DNA of 32,000 nucleotides from Sinorhizobium meliloti (GTDB lineage Bacteria; Pseudomonadota; Alphaproteobacteria; Rhizobiales; Rhizobiaceae): the NCBI RefSeq assembly GCF_017876815.1, contig NZ_JAGIOS010000002.1, positions 1,290,001 to 1,322,000 on the forward strand. The letters are read 5' to 3'. Within the stretch, counting starts at the first letter, position 1. Every line of letters starts with the position of its first letter. A program made the translations under genes and the position numbers. Below, in pieces: positions 16,593 through 23,411 of this stretch. The notes under the pieces were generated by a model, which did not search any database, was not told where the DNA came from, and was given only the letters and a program-made list of their open reading frames with translations.

Positions 16593-16916
16593 TTAAGACG
16601 GCACGTCGCGTGTCAGCGGTTCAGGCGAGCCATTGCGATCACCCGGCAGTTCCATTGTCGTGCAGGTGCCGCCGTCGACGAATTTCCAGGCATTGCCCTG
16701 GTAGTCGACAGTCGACGTGGCCTGGCAGGTCGTGCCCGGGCCGGCAGCGCAATCATTCTGACCCTTGAGCGCGACGCCGTAGCACTTCTCCTTTCCTGCA
16801 TCCATCGCAGCCTTGACCTCGGCCTGCGAAAGCGGCGCGGCGCTTGCGAGCGACGACAGCGCGGTCGCCACAGCGCCGGCAAGCATGGCGGTATTGATCG
16901 AACTTCTGGTAGACAT
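16593..16916 (-). CDS. bufA: DUF2282-family secreted Cys-containing precursor (bufferin-type, BufA1-like)
   Basis: 107 aa from ATG 16916, with GGAGAGAAGGA just upstream. It has a Sec-type signal peptide [28 protein letters not shown]. The core carries four Cys (residues 45, 56, 64, 85) in the DUF2282 pattern: [27 protein letters not shown]...GGTCTTM. The track ORF start at 16982 adds 22 implausible residues. Confidence 0.88.
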   Translation of the reverse strand: MSTRSSINTAMLAGAVATALSSLASAAPLSQAEVKAAMDAGKEKCYGVALKGQNDCAAGPGTTCQATSTVDYQGNAWKFVDGGTCTTMELPGDRNGSPEPLTRDVPS

Positions 16917-16971
16917 GATCCTTCTCTCCATCGTTGCTGCATGCACCTTCGCTTCGGCGCACAGTCCGTCA

Positions 16972-16998
16972 TTCGCAGCCACCGGGAGCGATGTTACA
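16972..16998 (-). promoter_or_regulatory. ECF (SigF-type) promoter candidate for the bufA operon
   Basis: On the minus strand: TGTAACA (16998-16992), 16 nt, CGAA (16975-16972). It lies about 55 nt upstream of the bufA ATG. A second GTAACC sits 13 nt further upstream (17011-17006). Confidence 0.55.
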
Positions 16999-17123
16999 TT
17001 CTGCGGTTACACGCTTTCGTGAGTGCCGCCCCATTTGAATTTGCGGCGAATTTGGGAAGACTAAGAAGACAGATGTTTCTGCTCCCACGGCCCACCTGCG
17101 GCAAAACATTTGCCGCGCTGACA

Positions 17124-17149
17124 TGTAACAAGTAGCGAAACTCGGCGAA
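17124..17149 (+). promoter_or_regulatory. Similar ECF-type motif in front of the sigma factor gene
   Basis: TGTAACA (17124-17130), 15 nt, CGAA (17146-17149). It lies only ~10-15 nt before the GTG starts, so it would give a near-leaderless mRNA. Confidence is therefore lower. Confidence 0.35.
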
Positions 17150-17159
17150 TTGGGAGGAA

Positions 17160-17702
17160 GTGCAGGTGAACGGCGCGGACGACGGCGATCTCGCCGGGCT
17201 CCTTCGCACGGCGCTCGGTGGCAACGAGAAGGCCTACAGCGAGTTCCTCCAAAGTGCGGCTGCCCTTGTTCGCATCTGGGCGCGCCGGAGAGTGGCGTCT
17301 GTCGGTCTCGATCCCGAGGACATCGTCCAGGAGACACTGCTGGCGGTCCATTTAAAGCGCCATACTTGGCGGACCGACGGACCGGTGAAGCCTTGGCTCT
17401 TTGCAATCGCGAGGCACAAGCTCGTCGACGCCTTACGACGACATGGCCGTCATTCTCGCGTGCAACTCAGTGAGGTTGAAGGCAATCTCGCGACGGAAGA
17501 GGCGGAAACCACCCGGGACTGGGAGATTGGCCGCGCGCTCGAGGTGCTGACGCCCGGCCAACGCTCGGTGGTGACTGCTATATCGGTCGAGGGACGTACG
17601 ATCGCCGAGGCTGCAAGAAGCCTCGACATGAATGAAACCGCAGTTCGCGTCGCGCTCCACCGCGGTCTTGCTGCCATCGCCAGGCGATTTGGACGGAAGT
17701 GA
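17160..17702 (+). CDS. ECF-family RNA polymerase sigma-70 factor (SigF-like)
   Basis: Region 2: EDIVQETLLAVHLKRHTWRTDGPVKPWLFAIARHKLVDALRR. Region 4: LTPGQRSVVTAISVEGRTIAEAARSLDMNETAVRVALHRGLAAI. GTG 17160 or GTG 17166 could be the start; GGGAGG at 17152-17157 favours 17166. Confidence 0.9.
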   Translation: MQVNGADDGDLAGLLRTALGGNEKAYSEFLQSAAALVRIWARRRVASVGLDPEDIVQETLLAVHLKRHTWRTDGPVKPWLFAIARHKLVDALRRHGRHSRVQLSEVEGNLATEEAETTRDWEIGRALEVLTPGQRSVVTAISVEGRTIAEAARSLDMNETAVRVALHRGLAAIARRFGRK

Positions 17703-17703
17703 T

Positions 17704-18342
17704 ATGGAAACGCAGGAACTCATCAAGGCCTTGGCTGCGGACAACCAGCGAAGCGGGATGCCGATGACTCTCGTCTGGACGGGTGCCGCTGTCATCGCCA
17801 TCGCCCTCGCTGCTTGCGTCTTCTTCGTACTTCTCGGGCCCAGGCCGGATATTACAAGCGCAATGCAGACGCTGCGCTTCCCGTTCAAGATTGTGGTGGC
17901 GATCGCGCTTGCCGCGAGCTCCCTCAGTGCACTGCGTGCGCTGTCGCGGCCGGAAACCGAGCCAAGCGACTTGCTGCCCCCTCTGATCGTCGCTCCGGCG
18001 CTGATCGCGATAGCGGTCCTCGCCGAGCTCATCGCCATGCCGGCGAGCACATGGTCCGCGAGGCTCGTCGGAACGAACAGCCTCGTGTGCCTGAGCTTCA
18101 TCCCGCTGATCGGCATCGGGCCCCTCGCTCTGCTGCTCCTTGCGCTGCGTTATGGGGCTTCTTCTCATCCCGCGGTTTCAGGCGCAGCTGCCGGATTGGC
18201 TGCCGGCGGCATTGCGGCGGCCTTCTATGCCTCGCATTGCACGGACGACTCTCCGCTTTTCGTCGCAACCTGGTACACGATGGCGGTGGCAATTTTGGCC
18301 ATTGCAGGGGCATTTGCCGCTCGCCGCGTAATTCACTGGTGA
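17704..18342 (+). CDS. nrsF: DUF1109 / NrsF-family membrane anti-sigma factor
   Basis: ATG 17704 is 1 nt after the sigma stop (TGAtATG). METQELIKALAADN is the typical DUF1109 N-terminus, followed by six hydrophobic segments. There are Cys residues in NSLVCLSF and YASHCTDDSPLF. The track ORF start at 17632 overlaps the sigma gene and is rejected. Confidence 0.85.
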   Translation: METQELIKALAADNQRSGMPMTLVWTGAAVIAIALAACVFFVLLGPRPDITSAMQTLRFPFKIVVAIALAASSLSALRALSRPETEPSDLLPPLIVAPALIAIAVLAELIAMPASTWSARLVGTNSLVCLSFIPLIGIGPLALLLLALRYGASSHPAVSGAAAGLAAGGIAAAFYASHCTDDSPLFVATWYTMAVAILAIAGAFAARRVIHW

Positions 18343-18496
18343 GTAGCGGGCCAGCGCCGGCGCAATAATTTCAAAATCGCTACTGCGATCGGAGTTGCTG
18401 CGGCGCCGCTTGCGAAGCTCAGAGCTGGATGAGGAAAAGTGAGTGCGGTTTTCCGCCCGCGTCCCGCGTCTCAACTTATTAGAAGCGATTTCCTTC

Positions 18497-18526
18497 ATGA
18501 TTTTAGATCGCCCGATCTAAAATCAT
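18497..18526. repeat. 30-bp AT-rich near-perfect palindrome between convergent genes
   Basis: ATGATTTTAGATCG-CC-CGATCTAAAATCAT: 14-bp arms with a 2-nt centre. Confidence 0.7.
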
Positions 18527-18930
18527 CGCGATCCAGAGCAGGCTTCAATCCCGATTGTATGTTCACGGCAAAAGCAATCCGTCCAGACAGGGCCGGAGAG
18601 GGCCACCCCTTTGCGGTTGCGCGCGAGTAGCGGGAAAACGTTGAGCGGATCGGGCCATTTTATTGGCTTGTTGGAGTTTGCCGCCGATCCATGCGCAGGG
18701 CTATACGAGACAACAAGCGGGCTGGAATCCAGATTGGCCCTGGGTCGGACCGCGTTAGCTGCGACCATACTCAGCTTTTTACATTCGAATTGCCGCGCGC
18801 GGCACCACGATCGTACTCCGCTAGGCTGCGTATTCATGAAGGGTCACGCTTTGTTTCAGCCACCGAGCGGATAGGTCCTGCGCGGCCGGCCATGTCTCAG
18901 CGGTCGAAGCGGCGAATGATGGTGTGCCGC

Positions 18931-19419
18931 TTACCGCCTTGCAAGCATTGGCAAAATCAAGCCCCACTGCGTCTCTAGAGGTGCTCCGAACGGTTCAAAA
19001 CCCAGTTTCTTGTAGACAGCGATCGCCCGTTCATTGGCCGGGTGCGGATCGGTCGCGATAACGGGTACACCCGCATCGAAGAGAGCCCTCATTCTCGCTC
19101 CGATAAATGCTGATCCGTGCCCAAGACCGATCATTTCGGGGTCTCCTATGTATTGATCGATTCCCCGCGATCCCCTGGGAAGCTTAGCAAAATGGTGATC
19201 TTCCCAGCCGTGGACGGTATAGTCCTGCATGAACGCAAAGGGGCGTTCGGCGGTTGAAACAATCCAACGCGCCACCCGAGGATCAGCCAAGTCTGCTGCA
19301 TCGTACGACTCATCTGAGCCCCACCATGCGCGGACATGCGGGTTCGATTGCCATGCTGTAAGCAACGGCAGATCATCCACCGTCGCTTTGCGAAAACTGT
19401 ATCGGTTGGCCGCCGTCAT
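18931..19419 (-). CDS. GNAT-family N-acetyltransferase (AAC(6')/siderophore-acyltransferase-like subgroup)
   Basis: 162 aa. FRKATVDDLPLLTAWQSNPHV..., RGIDQYIGDPEMIGLGHGSAFI, NERAIAVYKKLGFEP (acetyl-CoA binding region). Confidence 0.85.
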   Translation of the reverse strand: MTAANRYSFRKATVDDLPLLTAWQSNPHVRAWWGSDESYDAADLADPRVARWIVSTAERPFAFMQDYTVHGWEDHHFAKLPRGSRGIDQYIGDPEMIGLGHGSAFIGARMRALFDAGVPVIATDPHPANERAIAVYKKLGFEPFGAPLETQWGLILPMLARR

Positions 19420-19471
19420 TTAACAAGCCTAGCACGTCGCTGGTCGGTAGAAATAGGCTCTTTTGGGACGG

Positions 19472-19620
19472 TCAAGCTGCGGCGCACGAAGTCTGGTCGC
19501 GGAGGCGAACCAGACATTGAACAAGGGCCTGACGCTTCCGCGATGATGCAGCCGATGCCCACGCCGCGCATTCCCTCGGCGTAGAAGAGGCGGGCAGCGG
19601 TATCGAGCAGGCGCCGCCGC
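19472..19620 (-). pseudogene. Remnant of a TetR-family regulator N-terminal HTH
   Basis: My minus-strand translation: RRRLLDTAARLFYAEGMRGVGIGCIIAEASG. It then shifts frame to ...ALVQCLVRLRDQ... The piece has an upstream in-frame TAA, no start codon and no ligand-binding domain. Confidence 0.4.
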
Positions 19621-19744
19621 GGTAAACATTATGTGTGTCCGGTACGGAAAGATCGTTGAAGGCCTCGGGCACGTGAAGGGGTAGGCTGGGACTTCGTCGC
19701 TTCAAGCGTTTCGCCGTCTTTACAGACGGTGGCCGGTAAAGCAG

Positions 19745-20554
19745 TCAATTTCCGTCTGCAATGGCAGAGGCGCCTGGCGGAAACTCGGCCTTTAGGATTT
19801 TTCTCAGCGTCGCCGCATCCGCCAGAAATGCCGCCGGATCGTCTCCCGCCACGAATTCAAGCATGGCAAATCGCCGGCCGGTCCAGCGCGATTGCGGCAT
19901 GGTGGCCAAAGCCGTTTGCCAGTAGCCTTCGGCGGATGCCAGGGGAAAGCGCTTGCGTTCGTGGTCCCAGGCGAAGACATGGACATGGGAGACATGCGCG
20001 CCGATGCTGGCGATCTCCGTGAGTGCCTCGACGAGTGGGAGCCCGGGCCTCGGCTGCCAGTAGAGATACACATTCGGATGCGCGACCGCCTCGATAAGTC
20101 GGAGTGCCGAGCTCGTCTCGTCCGTCAGGGTCTGTGGGTGATATTCGAGCGAAACCGTGATGCCATGCCGAGCGGCTTCCGCGCCCATGTCGCGAATCGC
20201 ATCCGCTGCATCGCGCCGTTCATCGGCGCTGTAACCCCTCGAAGCGCGCTGGCGCGTGCCGGGCCAGATGCGGATGTTGGAGGCGCCAAGCGCGACCGCG
20301 GTTGCCAGTGCGGGCGCGAGGGCGGAAAGATCGTCGGTCGGCGGCGCGACATAGGAGCCATAGGAGGTCTTGAGACCCGCGCTTTCGCACAGGTGTCCGA
20401 CCGTGCGGGCGGTGGACGTGTCGCCCGGAGGAACATGGGCGTCTCCCGCCCACTCGATCGCGGCGAGCCTCGCCTTCGCTGCTAGCGCGACAATTTCGTC
20501 GGCGGGCAGCTTGCGGAAGGTTACCGTGCAGAGAGCCGGTTCGAAAGCGTTCAT
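19745..20554 (-). CDS. Sugar phosphate isomerase/epimerase (xylose-isomerase-like TIM barrel)
   Basis: 269 aa. Family-like pattern: AIEWAGDAHV, NIRIWPG, VSLEYHPQTLTD, VYLYWQP, HVHVFAW. The start ATG 20554 overlaps the upstream stop (ATGA). Confidence 0.8.
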   Translation of the reverse strand: MNAFEPALCTVTFRKLPADEIVALAAKARLAAIEWAGDAHVPPGDTSTARTVGHLCESAGLKTSYGSYVAPPTDDLSALAPALATAVALGASNIRIWPGTRQRASRGYSADERRDAADAIRDMGAEAARHGITVSLEYHPQTLTDETSSALRLIEAVAHPNVYLYWQPRPGLPLVEALTEIASIGAHVSHVHVFAWDHERKRFPLASAEGYWQTALATMPQSRWTGRRFAMLEFVAGDDPAAFLADAATLRKILKAEFPPGASAIADGN

Positions 20555-21561
20555 GCCATGCGCCCCAGATCAGGCTTGTGGACCTCGAACAGGAGCGGCC
20601 TGCCTTCGAGGAACCGCGCCACTTCATCAACCGCCATTTCACCGAGGCGCATGCGCTCCAGACCGATGGCGCCTGCGATATGCGGCGTCAGAAATACGTT
20701 CGGCAGGTCGTAAAGTGGTGAATTTTCGTCCGGAATTTCGGGGTCAGTAACGTCGATCACGGCATTGATCGCGCCCGACTGCAGTTTTTCGATGAGTGCC
20801 GCCTCATCCACCAACGCGCCGCGCGCCGTGTTGATCAGCGTCGCGCCGTCCTTCATAAGGGCGAGCTGGCGGTTATCGATCATGTGTCGGGTCTCGGGTA
20901 GCAGCGGCGCATGCAGCGACACGATATCGGAGCGGGCCATCAACGTATCAAGGTCGACCTTCTCTACCTCGAGGGCCATGGCTTCGGCGTCTTTGACTAG
21001 CGGATCATAAAGCAGCAATCGATAGTCGAGGAGACGCAGCAGTTCGATCACGCGGCGTCCGATCCGCGATGCGCCGACAATCCCGACCGTGCGGCGATGG
21101 TTTCCTACCGCTTCGCCCTGCAGGATCTGGGTGCGCTCGCGTCCACGGTCGGCCGCATAGACATCGCGGAAGCGGAACACCTGCTTGCCCGCAAAAATAA
21201 CGGCTGCGAGGGTAAACTCGGCGACCGGTACGGCATTGGCCTCCGCCGCGTGGCTGACCTGGATCCCCGCATCGAAAACGCTCTCGTCGACCAGCCCCTT
21301 GATCGTGCCGGCGGCATGGACGATGAGGCGAAGGCGCGGCGTCCGGGCGAGGACGGCCGCATCGATGAACGGCGCGCCCCAGCCGGTCACCAAAATTTGT
21401 GCCTCGGCCAACAAACGCTGCGACCGCTCATCGGCGAACTCCGTCATCGGCCGCTGATCCAGGATTCGGGCGAAGGCATCTAGCCGCGCGAGAAGCTCCG
21501 GCGTCAGAACATAACGCGTCCTTTCCGGCTGCATCGCAAAGGCGACGGTCGGGAGGGTCAT
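20551..21561 (-). CDS. D-isomer-specific 2-hydroxyacid dehydrogenase family, NAD-binding
   Basis: The real start is ATG 21561 (MTLPTVAF...). Motifs: VGIVGASRIGRRV (GxGxxG), DIVSLHAPLLPETRHMI, LINTARGALVDEAAL, TPHIAG. The 497-aa track ORF adds an Arg/Pro-rich artefactual extension. Confidence 0.88.
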   Translation of the reverse strand: MTLPTVAFAMQPERTRYVLTPELLARLDAFARILDQRPMTEFADERSQRLLAEAQILVTGWGAPFIDAAVLARTPRLRLIVHAAGTIKGLVDESVFDAGIQVSHAAEANAVPVAEFTLAAVIFAGKQVFRFRDVYAADRGRERTQILQGEAVGNHRRTVGIVGASRIGRRVIELLRLLDYRLLLYDPLVKDAEAMALEVEKVDLDTLMARSDIVSLHAPLLPETRHMIDNRQLALMKDGATLINTARGALVDEAALIEKLQSGAINAVIDVTDPEIPDENSPLYDLPNVFLTPHIAGAIGLERMRLGEMAVDEVARFLEGRPLLFEVHKPDLGRMA

Positions 21562-23411
21562 GGCGCTGATCCGGGCGCTTGCATTGCGCTGACGGTCAAG
21601 CCTTCCGCCCGAAGCGCGTCGAGCACCGCCATGTCCGGCATCGCCGGCGGATTGGACCAGTCTTCGGCGACGGCGGAAGTGTTGCGGGCCGCAAGCACAG
21701 CGCAGGCGAGGATGGTTTCCCCAGAAGGGATTTTGGCCCGCAACTGCGGCACCAGGGTTTTTGCGGCAATCAGATTGGTGTTGGGCGGCGCCTTTTGGAT
21801 CCGGCCTTCGCGCGGGACGGTCGAACCGAGATCGCGGATCCCGCTGAAATCTTCCGCGCCGATTGCGTGGGCCGTCCCTTCCGCGGCGGTGAGCGCGTCG
21901 GCCTCGAAATCCCGTCGGGGAATGGCGAAGCCGCCTTCGGCCGTCTCCAAAGGCCGCGGCGTCGCAATCCGGTGCACGCGCACATGCCAGGGCGAAGCCG
22001 GAACAAGCCACGTCTCGACAACGACGTCCGGCCAGGGAGACCATTTGGAGAACAGCACATTGTGCGCAAGCCGCACCTCCTTATTGGCCTCGCGCACCCG
22101 ATAATGAACGCCGTCGTCGCTGAATGCCAGCATCGAATCGAAGGCACCGCCGGCAAATGCCCGTTCGTCGCTCTCGACGCTGAAGGCGTATCGCGCCGAA
22201 TAGGCGAATTTCGCATATTTTTCAGAGCCGAAGCGCATCTGGCGGTTTTCCTGGCCGGAGGAGAGCGCCACCACGTCCCCTTTGACGGGTATCATGACCA
22301 TGCCCGGGTGGCGAAGGACTACCGGTTCGGCCAGCCGCCGGAGCGGGACTTCCGAGCTCGTCCAGAATGGATGGTTTTCGCTGACGGCTAGCGGCAGGAA
22401 AGCCTTGAAGGCCCAAAAGGGCGAGCCGGCCGAATTGTAGTTTTCCGACATAAGGAGGTTCGGATAGCCGTAGCCGATAGAAAGAACGCCGTCCCGATCC
22501 GCTATCGGTTTGTCTGCCCACCATCTGAGGTGGCGGAGGCAGAGCCCCTTGATCTCGCCCCAGGGTAGAGCCTCGAGGTCGGCAAAGGCCAGTGCTGCCC
22601 AGAAGCCGGCGCAGGCGAAGCGGTAGGTGAGACTGCGGCCGAAGGGGAGGGTCGCTCCGTCTTCGGCAAACCAGTGGCGAAAATCCTGGGCGAAGGCCAC
22701 CGCCCGCTCGCGATACCGTTTCGCATGGTCGTCTTCGACAAGGCGCGCATAGATCAGCCCGTAGAAGTGCATTGCAAAGGCGATGTAGTGGTCGACGCGC
22801 CGCACATTGCCGTCGCGATACCAGCCGCCACCGATATAGAAGCCGTCAAGTTCGGTGAGATAGGCCTTCGTCAGGCTGCGATCGTGCTCGATGCCGAGGC
22901 GATCGAGAGCGATGTCGACGAAAACGCGAAAGAACTTCCAGTTATTGTCGGCATAGTCGAACTTGCGGGCATGGAGGAGATAAGAGACGAGATTGTCTCT
23001 TTCACGCCCGTTTAAGGGTTCCCACAGCTTCTCCGGCGCCAGCACCAGCGCGAAGCCGAGGGCCGCCAGCTCGACCATGCGCTGGTCCCGGCCGTTCACT
23101 TGTCCCCAATATTCGGGATGTCCAGGGTCGGTGCCGTTGGCGATCCCTTCCGCGTAGCGGTCCCAATGCGCGAAATTTCCGCCGCCTGCAGCAAAGGGAG
23201 CAAGACCCCAGAGAGGCCTCGCAAAACCCTCCAGATCGGCAGCGGCCCGGTCGAAATGAGCCGCTGCGGCGTCGAGACGGACTCGCGCATTTCCTTCAGA
23301 GAAATAGGGGAGCAGCGGATCGAAGAGATCGAGCAGCGCGCGCTGCATGTCGCTGCGTGTCTCAAGCGGATTTCCGGCAAGCGGGTTGGCGCTGGCGGGA
23401 TCATAGGTCAT
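21558..23411 (-). CDS. DUF2264 domain-containing protein
   Basis: 617 aa from ATG 23411 (MTYDPASANPLAGNPLETRSDMQRALLDLFDPLLPYFS...). WGLAPFAAGG, HPEYWG, NNWKFFRVF, DGFYIGGGWYRDG, YRFACAGFW and NSAGSPFWAFKAF agree with my recollection of DUF2264 proteins. It is joined by ATGA overlaps at both ends. Confidence 0.8.
   Translation of the reverse strand: MTYDPASANPLAGNPLETRSDMQRALLDLFDPLLPYFSEGNARVRLDAAAAHFDRAAADLEGFARPLWGLAPFAAGGGNFAHWDRYAEGIANGTDPGHPEYWGQVNGRDQRMVELAALGFALVLAPEKLWEPLNGRERDNLVSYLLHARKFDYADNNWKFFRVFVDIALDRLGIEHDRSLTKAYLTELDGFYIGGGWYRDGNVRRVDHYIAFAMHFYGLIYARLVEDDHAKRYRERAVAFAQDFRHWFAEDGATLPFGRSLTYRFACAGFWAALAFADLEALPWGEIKGLCLRHLRWWADKPIADRDGVLSIGYGYPNLLMSENYNSAGSPFWAFKAFLPLAVSENHPFWTSSEVPLRRLAEPVVLRHPGMVMIPVKGDVVALSSGQENRQMRFGSEKYAKFAYSARYAFSVESDERAFAGGAFDSMLAFSDDGVHYRVREANKEVRLAHNVLFSKWSPWPDVVVETWLVPASPWHVRVHRIATPRPLETAEGGFAIPRRDFEADALTAAEGTAHAIGAEDFSGIRDLGSTVPREGRIQKAPPNTNLIAAKTLVPQLRAKIPSGETILACAVLAARNTSAVAEDWSNPPAMPDMAVLDALRAEGLTVSAMQAPGSAP

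Noticed and set aside
16917-16982. 22-codon upstream extension of the bufA ORF
   Set aside because: The internal ATG 16916 has a strong GGAGAGAAGGA SD and yields a canonical signal peptide. The extension would bury the n-region and would overlap the predicted promoter.
17006-17011. Second, perfect GTAACC -35-like hexamer upstream of bufA
   Set aside because: No CGAA-like -10 element lies at 15-17 nt from it (CTCC is found instead). It is kept only as a note in the promoter finding.
17632-17703. Upstream extension of the NrsF-like ORF
   Set aside because: It overlaps the 3' end of the sigma gene in another frame. ATG 17704 gives the canonical METQELIKAL N-terminus 1 nt after the sigma stop.
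19330-19350. GGGTTCGATTGCC resembling a tRNA T-loop
   Set aside because: It lies inside the GNAT coding frame, and no acceptor, anticodon or D arms can be folded around it.
21579-22391. 270-aa plus-strand ORF antisense to the DUF2264 gene
   Set aside because: Shadow ORF: no motifs, and opposite a well-supported coding frame.
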